A stretch of 64,000 bases of DNA from Eledone cirrhosa (Eukaryota): positions 42,284,001-42,348,000 of the forward strand of contig OZ024745.1 in NCBI GenBank assembly GCA_964016885.1. The letters are read 5' to 3'. Made by a program: the position numbers and the translations under genes. Below are positions 1 through 13,100 of the stretch, piece by piece; the stretch's first letter is position 1; each line of letters begins with the position of its first letter. The notes under the pieces are model-generated. The model saw only the letters and a list, made by a program, of their open reading frames with translations. It searched no databases and was not told where the DNA came from.

Positions 1-480
1 CAGCTGACTAGATGACTAGGCAATAGAATGCAGAATGACTCCTTGCTTCAGTGAAGTATAGTCTAACCATTGTTGCAGATGACTAGATGGCTAGGCAATA
101 GAATGCAGAGTGACTCCTGGCTTCTCTGAACTATAGTCTCACCTTATTGCAGATGACTAGATGACTAGGCAATAGAATGCAGAGTGACTCCTGGCTTCAG
201 TGGAGTATAGTCTAACCATCTTTGCAGATGACTAGATGACTAGGCAATAGAATGCAGAGTGACTCCTGGCTTCAGTGAACTATAGGCTCACCTTATTGCA
301 GATGACTAGATGACTAAGCAAAAGAATGCAGAGTGACTGCTGGCTTCAGTGAACTATAGACTCACCTTATTGCAGATGATTAGATGACTAGGCAAAAGAA
401 TGCAGAGTGACTCCGGGTTTCAATGAACTATAGTCTCACCTTATTGCAGATGACTAGATGACTAGGCAATAGAATGCAGT
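1..480. repeat. Monomer block duplicated at 17011-~17490 (offset 17010 bp)
   Basis: The rare CAGCTGACTA start occurs at 1 and 17011. It is followed by the same ordered variants: CCTTGC, GATGGCTAGG, TGGAGTATAGTCTAACCATCTTTG, AGGCTC, TAAGCAAAA with TAGACTC, and GATTAG with CCGGGTTTCAAT. Confidence 0.85.
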
Positions 481-519
481 GACTCCTGGCTTCAGTGAAG
501 TATAGTCTAACCATTGTTG

Positions 520-3100
520 CAGATGACTAGATGACTAGGCAATAGATTGCAGAGTGACTGCGGGTTTCAGTGAACTATAGTCTCACCTTATTGCAGATGA
601 CTAGATGACTAGGCAATAGAATGCAGAGTAAATCCTGGTTTCAGTGAACTATATTCTAACCATTGTTGCAGATGACTAGATGACTAGGCATAGAATGCAG
701 AGAGACTCCTGGCTTCTGTGAACTATAGGCTCACCTTATTGCAGATGACTAGATGACTAGGCAATAGAATGCAGAGTGACTCCTGGCTTCGGTAAAGTAT
801 AGTCTAACCTTTGTTGCAGATGACTAGATGACTAGGCAATAGAATGCAGAGTGACCCCTGGCTTCAGTGAACTATAGTCTCACCTTATTGCAGATGACTA
901 GATGACTAGGCAATAGAATGCAGAGTGACTCCTGGCTTCAGTGAAGTATAGTCTAACCATTGTTGCAGATGACTAGATGACTAGGCAATAGAATGCAGAA
1001 TGACTCCTGGCTTCAGTGAACTATAGTCTCAACTTATTGCAGATGACTAGATGACTAGGCAATAGAATGGAGAGTGACTCCTGGCTTCTGTGAACTGTAG
1101 TCTAATCATTGTTGCAGATGACTAGATGACTAGGCAATAGATTGCAGAGTGACTGCGGGCTTCAGTGAAGTATAGTCTCACCTTATTGCAGATGACTAGA
1201 TGACAAGGCAAAAGAATGCGGAGTGACTCCGGTTTTCAATGAACTATAGTCTCACATTATTGCAGATGACTAGATGACTAGGCAATAGAATGCAGTGACT
1301 CCTGGCTTCAGTGAAGTATAGTCTAACCATTGTTTCAGATGACTAAATGACTAGGCAATAGAATGCAGACTGACTCCTGGCTTCTGTGAAATATATTCCC
1401 ACCTTATTGCAGATGACTAGATTACTACGCAATAGAATGCAGAGTGACTCCAGGCTTCAGTGAACTATAGTCTCACATTATTGCAGATGACTAGAAGACT
1501 ACGCAATAGAATGCAGAGTGACTCATGCCTTCTGTGAACTGTAGTATAATCATTGTTGCAGATGACTAGATGACTAGGCAATAGATTGCAGAGTGACTCC
1601 GGGTTCAGTGAACTATAGTCTCACCTTATTTCAGATGACTAGATGACTAGGCAATAGAATGCAGAGTGACTCCTGGCTTCAGTGAACTATAGGCTCACCT
1701 TATTGCAGATGACTAGATGACTAGGCAATAGAATGCAGAGTGACTCCTGGCTTCTGTGAACTATAGTCTCACCTTATTGCAGATGAATAGATGCCTAGGC
1801 AATAGAATGCAGAGTGACTCCTGGCTTCAGTGAAGTATAGTCTAACCATTGTTGCAGATGACTAGATGACTAGGCAATAGATTGCAGAGTGACTCCGGGT
1901 TTCAATGAACTATAGTTTCACCTTATTGCAGATGACTAGATGACTAGGCAATAGAATGCAGTGACTCCTGGCTTCAGTGAAGTATAGTCTAACCATTGTT
2001 GCAGATGACTTGATGACTAGGCAATACAATGCAGAGTGACTCCTTGCTTCAGGGAAGTATAGTCTCACCTTATTGCAGATGACTAGATGATTAGGCAATA
2101 GAATGCAGAGTGACTCCTGGCTTCAGTGAACTATAGTGTCACCTTATTGCAGATGACTAGATGACTAGGCAATAGAATGCAGAGTGACTCCTGGCTTCAG
2201 TGAAGTATAGTCTAACCATTGTTGCAATAGAAGTATAGTCTAACCATTGTTGCAGATGACTAGATGACTAGGCAATAGATTGCAGAGTGACTGCGGGTTT
2301 CAGTGAACTATAGTCTCACCTTATTGCAGATGACTAGATGACTAGGCAATAGAATGCAGAGTAAATCCTGGTTTCAGTGAACTATATTCTAACCATTGTT
2401 GCAGATGACTAGATGACTAGGCATAGAATGCAGAGAGACTCCTGGCTTCTGTGAACTATAGGCTCACCTTATTGCAGATGACTAGATGACTAGGCAATAG
2501 AATGCAGAGTGACTCCTGGCTTCGGTAAAGTATAGTCTAACCTTTGTTGCAGATGACTAGATGACTAGGCAATAGAATGCAGAGTGACCCCTGGCTTCAG
2601 TGAACTATAGTCTCACCTTATTGCAGATGACTAGATGACTAGGCAATAGAATGCAGAGTGACTCCTGGCTTCAGTGAAGTATAGTCTAACCATTGTTGCA
2701 GATGACTAGATGACTAGGCAATAGAATGCAGTGACTCCTGGCTTCAGTGAAGTATAGTCTAACCATTGTTGCAGATGACTAGATGACTAGGCAATAGAAT
2801 GCAGAATGACTCCTGGCTTCAGTGAACTATAGTCTCAACTTATTGCAGATGACTAGATGACTAGGCAATAGAATGGGGAGTGACTCCTGGCTTCTGTGAA
2901 CTGTAGTCTAATCATTGTTGCAGATGACTAGATGACTAGGCAATAGATTGCAGAGTGACTGCGGGCTTCAGTGAAGTATAGTCTCACCTTATTGCAGATG
3001 ACTAGATGACAAGGCAAAAGAATGCGGAGTGACTCCGGTTTTCAATGAACTATAGTCTCACATTATTGCAGATGACTAGATGACTAGGCAATAGAATGCA
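520..3100. repeat. Block ~520-1290 duplicated at ~2253-3100
   Basis: Shared rare variants in the same order: GAGTAAATCC (626 and 2359, offset 1733), GGCATAG with GAGAGACTC, CGGTAAAG, GACCCCTGG and GCGGAG with CCGGTTTT. The second copy has one extra monomer. Confidence 0.85.
2225..2252. repeat. 28-bp truncated mini-monomer (also at 7371, 11130, 13032, 14170, 16590)
   Basis: C(A/G)ATAGAAGTATAGTCTAACCATTGTTG is inserted between full monomers. It equals a type B monomer lacking a 20-bp and a 27-bp internal segment. Confidence 0.92.
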
Positions 3101-3960
3101 GAATGACTCCTGGCTTCTGTGAACTATATTCCCACCTTATTGCAGATGACTAGATTACTACGCAATAGAATGCAGAGTGACTCCAGGCTTCAGTGAACTA
3201 TAGTCTCACATTATTGCAGATGACTAGAAGACTAAGCAAAAGAATGCAGAGTGACTGCTGGCTTCAGTGAACTATAGTCTCACCTTATTGCAGATGACTA
3301 GATGACTAGGCAATAGAATGCAGAGTGACTCCTGGCTTCAGTGAAGTATAGTCCAACCATTGTTGCAGATGACTAGATGACTAGGCAATAGAATGCAGAG
3401 TGACTCCTGGCTTCAGTGAACTATAGGCTCACCTTATTGCAGATGACTAGATGACTAAACAAAAGAATGCAGAGTGACTGCTGGCTTCAGTGAACTATAG
3501 TCTCACCTTATTGCAGATGACTAGATGACTAGGCAAAAGAATGCAAAGTGACTCCTGGCTTTTGTGAACTGTAGTCTAACCATTGTTGCAGATGATTAGA
3601 TGACTAGGCAATAGAATGCAGAGTGACTCCTGGCTTCGTTGAAGTATAGTCTAACCATTGTTGCAGATGACTTGATGACTAGGCAATACAATGCAGAGTG
3701 ACTCCTGGCTTCAGGGAAGTATAGTCTCACCTTATTGCAGATGACTAGATGATTAGGCAATAGAATGCAGAGTGACTCCTGGCTTCAGTGAACTATAGTG
3801 ACACCTTATTGCAGATGACTAGATGACTAGGCAATAGAATGCATAGTGACTCCTGGCTTCAGTGAACTATAGTCTCACCTTGTTGCAGATGACTAGATGA
3901 CTGGGCAATATAATGCAGAGTGACTCCTAGCTTCTGTGAACTATAGTCTAACCATTGTTA

Positions 3961-6628
3961 CAGATGACTAGATGACTAGGCAATAGATTGCAGAGTGACT
4001 CCTGGCTTCGTTGAAGTATAGTCTAACCATTGTTGCAGATGACTTGATGACTAGGCAATACAATGCAGAGTGACTCCTGGCTTCAGGGTAGTATAGTCTC
4101 ACCTTATTGCAGATGACTAGATGATTAGGCAATAGAATGCAGAGTGACTCCTGGCTTCAGTGAACTATAGTGTCACCTTATTGCAGATGACTAGATGACT
4201 AGGCAATAGAATGCAGAGTGACTCCTGGCTTCAGTGAACTATAGTCTCACCTTATTGCTGATGACTAGATGACTAGGCAATAGAATGCATAGTGACTCCT
4301 GGCTTCAGTGAACTATAGTCTCACCTTCTTGCAGATGACTAGATGACTGGGCAATAGAATGCAGAGTGACTCCTGGCTTCAGTGAACTATAGTCTCACCT
4401 TATTACAGATGACTAGATGACTACGGAATAGAATGCAGAGTGACTCCTGGCTTCGGTGAAGTATAGTCTAACCATTGTTGCAGATGACTAGATGACTAGG
4501 CAATACAATGCAGAGTGACTCCTGGCTTCAGTGAAGTTCAGTCTCACCTTATTGCAGATGACTAGATGACTAGGCAATAGAATGCAGAGTGACTCCTGGC
4601 TTCTGTGAACTATAGTCTCACCTTATTGCTGATGACTAGATGACTACGCAATAGAATGCAAAGTGACTCCTGGCTTCAGGGAACTATAGTCTCACATTAT
4701 TGCAGATGACTAGAAGACTAGGCAATAGAATGCAGAGTGACTCCTGGCTTCTGTGAACTGTAGTCTAACCATTGTTGCAGATGACTAGATGACTAGGCAA
4801 TAGATTGCAGAGTGACTCCGGGCTTCAGTGAAGTATAGTCTCACCTTATTGCAGATGACTAGATGACTGGGCAATAGAATGCAGATTGACTCCTGGCTTC
4901 AGTGAACTATAGTCTCACCTTATTGCAGATGACTAGATGACTAGGCAGTAGAATGCAGAGTGACTCCTGGCTTCAGTGAAGTATAGTCTAATCATTGTTG
5001 CAGATGACTAGATGACTAGGCCATAGAATGCAGAGTGACTCCTGGCTTCAGTAAACAATAGTGTCACCTTATTGCAGATGACTAGATGACTAGGCAATAG
5101 AATGCAGTGACTCCTGGCTTCTGTGAACCATAGTCTAACCATTGTTGCAGATGACTAGATGACTAGGCAATAGATTGCAGAGTGACTCCTGGCTTCAGTG
5201 AACTATAGTCTCACCTTATTGCAGATGACTAGATGACTGGGCAATAGAATGCAGTGACTCCTGGCTTCTGTGAACTATAGTCTAACCATTGTTGCAGATG
5301 ACTAGATGACTAGGCAATAGATTGCAGAGTGACTCCTGGCTTCGTTGAAGTATAGTCTAACCCTTGTTGCAGATGACTTGATGACTAGGCAATACAATGC
5401 AGAGTGACTCCTGGCTTCAGGGAAGTAGAGTCTCACCTTATTGCAGATGACTAGATGATTAGGCAATAGAATGCAGAGTGACTCCTGGCTTCAGTGAACT
5501 ATAGTGTCACCTTATTGCAGATGACTAGATGACTATGCAATAGAATGCAGAGTGACTCCTGGCTTCAGTGAACTATAGTCTCACCTTATTGCTGATGACT
5601 AGATGACTAGGCAATAGAATGCATAGTGACTCCTGGCTTCAGTGAACTATAGTCTCACCTTGTTGCAGATGACTAGATGACTGGGCAATAGAATGCAGAG
5701 TGACTCCTGGCTTCAGTGAACTATAGTCTCACCTTATTACAGATGACTAGATGACTACGCAATAGAATGCAGAGTGACTCCTGGCTTCGGTGAAGTATAG
5801 TCTAACCATTGTTGCAGATGACTAGATGACTAGGCAATACAATACAGAGTGACTCCTGGCTTCAGTGAAGTTCAGTCTCACCTTATTGCAGATGACTAAA
5901 TGACAAGACAATAGAATGCAGAGTGACTCCTGGCTTCTGTGAACTATAGACTCACCTTATTGCTGATGACTAGATGACTGCGCAATAGAATGCAGAGTGA
6001 CTCCTGGCTTCAGGGAACTATAGTCTCACATTATTGCAGATGACTAGAAAACTAGGCAATAGAATGCAGAGTGACTCCTGGCTTCTGTGAACCGTAGTCT
6101 AGCCATTGTTGCAGATGACTAGATGACTAGGCAATAGATTGCAGAATGACTCCGGGCTTCAGTGAAGTATAGTCTCACCTTATTGCAGATGACTAGATGA
6201 CTAGGCAATAGAATGCAGAGTGACTCCTGGCTTCAGTGAACTATAGTCTCACCTTATTGCAGATGACTAGATGACTAGGCAGTAGAATGCAGAGTGACTC
6301 CTGGCTTCAGTGAAGTATAGTCTAATCATTGTTGTAGATGACTAGATGACTAGGCAATAGAATGCAGAGTGACTCCTGGCTTCAGTAAACTATAGTGTCA
6401 CCTTATTGCAGATGACTAGATGACTAGGCAATAGAATGCAGTGACTCCTGGCTTCTGTGAACTATAGTCTAACCATTGTTGCAGATGTCTAGATGACTAG
6501 GCAATAGATTGCAGAGTGACTCCTGGCTTCAGTGAACTATAGTCTCACCTTATTGCAGATGACTAGATGACTGGGCAATAGAATGCAGTGACTCCTGGCT
6601 TCTGTGAACTATAGTCTAACCATTGTTG
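3961..6628. repeat. Tandem duplication of an ~18-monomer unit (1334 bp x 2)
   Basis: GAAGTTCAG lies at 4533 and 5867 and GGCAGTAGAA at 4944 and 6278, both at offset 1334. TTGCTGATGA, TATTACAG and CAGTAAAC also repeat in register. Confidence 0.88.
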
Positions 6629-9600
6629 CAGATGACTAGATGACTAGGCAATAGATTGCAGTGTAACTACGGGCTTCAGTGAAGTATTGTCTCACCTTAT
6701 CGCAGATGACTAGATGACTAGTCAATAGAATGCAGAGTGAATCCTGGCTTCAGTGAACTATAGTCTCACCTTATTGCAGATGACTAGATGACTAGGCAAT
6801 AGAATGCAGTGACTCCTGGCTTCTGTGAACTATAGTCTTACCATTGTTGCAGATGACTAGATGACTAGGCAATAGAATGCAGAGTGACTCCTGGCTTCAG
6901 TGCACTATAGGCTCACCTTATTGCAGATGACTAGATGACTAGGCAATAGAATGCAGTGTGACTCCTGGCTTCAATGAACTATAGTCTCACCTTATTGCAG
7001 ATGACTAGATGACTAGGCAAAAGAATGCAGAGTGACTCCTGGCTTCAGTGAACTATAGTCTCACCTTATTGCAGATGACTAGAAGACTAGGCAATAGAAT
7101 GCAAAGTGACTCCTGGCTTTTGTGAACTGTAGTCTAACCATTGTTGCAGATGATTAGATGACTAGGCAATAGAATGCAGAGTGACTCCTGGCTTCGTTGA
7201 AGTATAGTCTAACCATTGTTGCAGATGACTTGATGACGAGTAAATACAATGCAGAGTGACTCCTGGCTTCAGGGAAGTATAGTCTCACCTTATTGCAGAT
7301 GACTAGATGATTAGGCAATAGAATGCAGAGTGACTCCTGGCTTCAGTGAAGTATAGTCTAACCATTGTTGCAATAGAAGTATAGTCTAACCATTGTTGCA
7401 GATGACTAGATGGCTAGGCAATAGAATGCAGAGTGACTAGGCAATAGAATGCAGAATGACTCCTGGCTTCTGTGAACTATAGTCCCACCTTATTGCAGAT
7501 GACTAGATTAACGCAATAGAATGCAGAGTGACTCCTGGCTTCAGTGAACTATAGTCTCACATTATTGCAGATGACTAGAAGACTAGGCAATAGAATGCAG
7601 AGTGACTCCTGGCTTCTGTGAACTGTAGTATAACCATTGTTGCAGATGACTAGATGACTAGGCAATAGATTGCAGAGTGACTCCGGGTTCAGTGAAGTAT
7701 AGTCTCACCTTATTGCAGATGACTAGATGACTAGGCAATAGAATGCAGAGTGACTCCTGGCTACAGTGAACTATAGTCTCACCTTATTGCAGATGACTAG
7801 ATGACTAGGCAATAGAATGCAGAATGACTCCTTGCTTCAGTGAAGTATAGTCTAACCATTGTTGCAGATGACTAGATGGCTAGGCAATAGAATGCAGAGT
7901 GACTCCTGGCTTCTGTGAACTATAGTCTCACCTTATTGCAGATGACTAGATGACTAGGCAATAGAATGCAGAGTGACGCCTGGCTTGAGTGGAGTATAGT
8001 CTAACCATCTTTGAAGATGACTAGATGACTAGGCAATAGAATGCAGAGTGACTCCTGGCTTCACTGAACTATAGGCTCACCTTATTGCAGATGACTAGAT
8101 GACTAAGCAAAAGAATGGAGAGTGACTGCTGGCTTCAGTGAACTATAGTCTCACCTTATTGCAGATGACTAGATAACTAGGTAATAGAATACAGAGGGAC
8201 TCCTGGCTTCAGTGAACTATAGTCTCAGCTTATTGCGGAATGACTAGATGACTAGGCAATAGAATGCAGAGTGACTCCTGACTTCAATTAACTATAGACT
8301 CACCTTATTGCAGATGATTAGATGACTAGGCAAAAGAATGCAGAGTGACTCCGCGTTTCAATGAACTATAGTCTCACCTTATTGCAGATGACTAGATGAC
8401 TAGGCAATAGAATGCAGTGACTCCTGGCTTCAGTGAAGTATAGTCTAACCATTGTTGCGGATGACTAGATGACTAGGCAATAGATTGCAGAGTGACTGCG
8501 GGTTTCAGTGAACTATAGTCTCACCTTATTGCAGATGACTAGATGACTAGGCAATAGAATGCAGAGTAAATCCTGGTTTCAGTGAACTATAGTCTAACCA
8601 TTGTTGAAGATGTCTAGATGACTAGGCATAGATTGCAGAGAGACTCCTGGCTTCTGTGAACTCTAGGCTCACCTTATTGCAGATGACTAGATTACTACGC
8701 AATAGAATGCAGAGTGACTCCTGGCTTCAGTGAACTATAGTCTCACATTATTGCAGATGACTAGAAGACAAGGCAATAGAATGCAGAGTGACTCCTGGCT
8801 TCTGTGAACTGTAGTCTAACCATTGTTGCAGATGGCTAGATGACTAGGCAATAGAATGCAGAGTGACTCCTGGCTTCGGTGAAGTATAGTCTAACCTTTG
8901 TTGCAGATGACTAGATGACTAGGCAATAGAATGCAGAGTGACTCCTGGCTTCAGTGAACTATAGTCTCACCTTATTGCAGATGATTAGATGACTAGGCAA
9001 TAGAATGCAGAGTGACTCCTGGCTTCAGTGAAGTATAGTCTAACCATTGTTGCAGATGAATAGATGACTAGGCAATAGAATGCAGAGGGACTCCTGGCTT
9101 CAGTGAACTATAGTCTCACCTTATTGCAGATGACTAGATGACTAGGCAATAGAATGCAGAGTGACTCCTGGCTTCGGTAAAGTATAGTCTAACCTTTGTT
9201 GCAGATGACTAGATGACTAGGCAATAGAATGCAGAGTGACTCCTGGCTTCATTGAACTATAGTCTCACCTTATTGCAGATGTCTAGATGACTAGGCAATA
9301 GAATGCAGAGTGACTCCTGGCTTCAGTGAAGTATAGTCTAACCATTGTTGCAGATGACTAGATGACTAGGCAATAGAATGCAGTGACTCCTGGCTTCAGT
9401 GAAGTATAGTCTAACCATTGTTGCAGATGACTAGATGACTAGGCAATAGAATGCAGAATGACTCCTGGCTTCAGTGAACTATAGTCTCAACTTATTGCAG
9501 ATGACTAGATGACTAGGCAATAGAATGGAGAGTGACTCCTGGCTTCTGTGAACTGTAGTCTAATCATTGTTGCAGATGACTAGATGACTAGGCAATAGAT

Positions 9601-10199
9601 TGCAGAGTGACTGCGGGCTTCAGTGAAGTATAGTCTCACCTTATTGCAGATGACTAGATGACAAGACAAAAGAATGCGGAGTGACTCCGGTTTTCAATGA
9701 ACTATAGTCTCACATTATTGCAGATGACTAGATGACTAGGCAATAGAATGCAGTGACTCCTGGCTTCAGTGAAGTATAGTCTAACCATTGTTTCAGATGA
9801 CTAAATGACTAGGCAATAGAATGCAGAATGACTCCTGGCTTCTGTGAACTATATTCCCACCTTATTGCAGATGACTAGATTACTACGCAATAGATTGTAG
9901 AGTGACTCCAGGCTTCAGTGAACTATAGTCTCACATTATTGCAGATGACTAGAAGACTAGGCAATAGAATGCAGAGTGACTCCTGGCTTCTGTGAACTGT
10001 AGTATAATCATTGTTGCAGATGACTAGATGACTAGGCAATAGATTGCAGAGTGACTCCGGGTTCAGTGAAGTATAGTCTAACCATTGTTGCAGATGACTA
10101 GATGACTAGGCAATGGATTGCAGAGTGACTCCTGGCTTCAGTGAAGTATAGTCTAACCATTGTTGCAGATGACTAGATGACTAGGCAATAGAATGCAGA

Positions 10200-13100
10200 G
10201 TGCCTCCTGGCTTCAGTGAACTATAGGCTCACCTTATTGCAGATGACTAGATGACTAAGCAAAAGAATGCAGAGTGACTGCTGGCTTCAGTGAACTATAG
10301 TCTCACCTTATTGCAGATGACTAGATGACTAGGCAATAGAATACAGAGGGACTCCTGGCTTCATTGAACTATAGTCGCAGCTTATTGCGGATGACTAGAT
10401 GACTAGGCAAAAGAATGCAGAGTGACTCCGGGTTTCAATGAACTATAGTTTCACCTTATTGCAGATGACTAGATGACTAGGCAATAGAATGCAGTGACTC
10501 CTGGATTCAGTGAAGTATAGTCTAAACATTGTTGCAGATGACTAGATGACTAGGCAATAGATTGCAGAGTGACTCCTGGCTTCAGTGCACTATAGGCTCA
10601 CCTTATTGCAGATGACTAGATGACTAGGCAATAGAATGCAGTGTGACTCCTGGCTTCAGTGAACTATAGTCTCACCTTATTGCAGAAGACTAGATGACTA
10701 GGCAAAAGAATGCAGAGTGATTCCTGGCTTCAGTGAACTATAGTCTCACCTTATTGCAGATGACTAGAAGACTAGGCAATAGAATGCAAAGTGACTCCTG
10801 GCTTTTGTGAACTGTAGTCTAACCATTGTTGCAGATGATTAGATGACTAGGCAATAGAATGCAGAGTGACTCCTGGCTTCGTTGAAGTATAGTCTAACCA
10901 TTGTTGCAGATGACTTGATGACTAGGCAATAGATTGCAGAGTGACTCCTGGCTTCAGGGAAGTATAGTCTCACCTTATTGCAGATGACTAGATGATTAGG
11001 CAATAGAATGCAGAGTGTCTCCTGGCTTCTGTGAACTATAGTGTCAACTTATTGCAGATGACTAGATGACTAGGCAATAGAATGCAGAGTGACTCCTGGC
11101 TTCAGTGAAGTATAGTCTAACCATTGTTGCGATAGAAGTATAGTCTAACCATTGTTGCAGATGACTAGATGGCTAGGCAATAGAATGCAGAGTGACTAGG
11201 CAATAGAATGCAGAATGACTCCTGTCTTCTGTGAACTATAGTCCCACCTTATTGCAGATGACTAGATTAACGCAATAGAATGCAGAGTGACTCCTGGCTT
11301 CAGTGAACTATAGTCTCACATTATTGCAGATGACTAGAAGACTAGGCAATAGAATGCAGAGTGACTCCTGGCTTCTGTGAACTGTAGTATAACCATTGTT
11401 GCAGATGACTAGATGACTAGGCAATAGATTGCAGAGTGACTCCGGGTTCAGTGAAGTATAGTCTCACCTTATTGCAGATGACTAGATGACTAGGCAATAG
11501 AATGCAGAGTGACTCCTGGCTACGGTGAACTATAGGCTCACCTTATTGCAGATGACTAGATGACTAGGCAATAGAATGCAGAGTGACTCCTGGCTTCTGT
11601 GAACTATAGTCTCACATTATTGCAGATGACTAGATGACTAGGCAATAGAATGCAGTGACTCCTGGCTTCAGTGAAGTATAGTCTAACCATTGTTTCAGAT
11701 GACTAAATGACTAGGCAATAGAATGCAGAGTGACTCCTGGCTTCTGTGAACTATAGTCTCACCTTATTGCAGATGAATAGATGACTAGGCAATAGAATGC
11801 AGAGTGACTCCTGGCTTCAGTGAAGTATAGTCTAACCATGGTTGCAGATGACTAGATGACTAGGCAATAGATTGCAGAGTGACTCCTGGCTTCTGTGAAC
11901 TATAGTCTCACCTTATTGCAGATGAATAGATGACTAAGCAATAGAATGCAGAGTGACTGCTGGCTTCAGTGAAGTATAGTCTAACCATTGTTGCAGATGA
12001 CTAGATGACTAGGCAATAGAATACAGAGTGACTCCTGGCTTCAGTGAACTATAGGCTCACCTTATTGCAGATGACTAGATGACTAAGCAAAAGAATGCAG
12101 AGTGACTGCTGGCTTCAGTGAACTATAGTCTCACCTTATTGCAGATGACTAGATGACTAGGCAATAGAATACAGAGGGACTCCTGGCTTCATTGAACTAT
12201 AGTCGCAGCTTATTGCGGATGACTAGATGACTAGGCAATAGAATGCAGAGTGACTCATGACTTCAGTGAACTATAGTCTCACCTTATTGCAGATGACTAG
12301 ATGACTAGGCAAAAAAATGCAGAGTGACTCCGGGTTTAAATGAACTATAGTTTCACCTTATTGCAGATGACTAGATGACTAGGCAATAGAATGCAGTGAC
12401 TCCTGGATTCAGTGAACTATAGTCTAAACATTGTTGCAGATGACTAGATGACTAGGCAATAGATTGCAGAGTGACTCCTGGCTTCAGTGCACTATAGGCT
12501 CACCTTATTGCAGATGACTAGATGACTTGGCAATAGAATGCAGTGTGACTCCTGGCTTCAGTGAACTATAGTCTCACCTTATTGCAGAAGACTAGATGAC
12601 TAGGCAAAAGAATGCAGAGTGACTCCTGGCTTCAGTGAACTATAGTCTCACCTTATTGCAGATGACTAGAAGACTAGGCAATAGAATGCAAAGTGACTCT
12701 TGGCTTTTGTGAACTGTAGTCTAACCATTGTTGCAGATGATTAGATGACTAGGCAATAGAATGCAGAGTGACTCCTGGCTTCGTTGAAGTATAGTCTAAC
12801 CATTGTTGCAGATGACTTGATGACTAGGCAATACAATGCAGAGTGACTCCTGGCTTCAGGGAAGTATAGTCTCACCTTATTGCAGATGACTAGATGATTA
12901 GGCAATAGAATGCAGAGTGACTCCTGGCTTCAGTGAACTATAGTGTCACCTTATTGCAGATGACTAGATGACTAGGCAATAGAATGCAGAGTGACTCCTG
13001 GCTTCAGTGAAGTATAGTCTAACCATTGTTGCGATAGAAGTATAGTCTAACCATTGTTGCAGATGACTAGATGGCTAGGCAATAGAATGCAGAATGACTC

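Noticed and set aside
41-50. CCWGG (Dcm-type) site in most monomers (mutated to CCTTG in this first copy)
   Set aside because: A 5-bp motif is expected by chance, and nothing indicates a prokaryotic origin.
1910-2098. 62-aa minus-strand ORF from the supplied track
   Set aside because: It is ~2.5 satellite monomers read through by chance (HLVICNKV occurs twice). The monomer is full of stop codons, its main length (74) is not a multiple of 3, and it is the only ORF listed in 64 kb.
4255-5975. Hammerhead ribozyme, as in newt, schistosome and cricket satellites (CTGATGA in four plus-strand copies; CUGAAGC on the minus strand)
   Set aside because: The consensus reads CAGATGA or CUGAAGC rather than CUGANGA, and no GAAA follows a stem II on either strand, so the catalytic core is incomplete.
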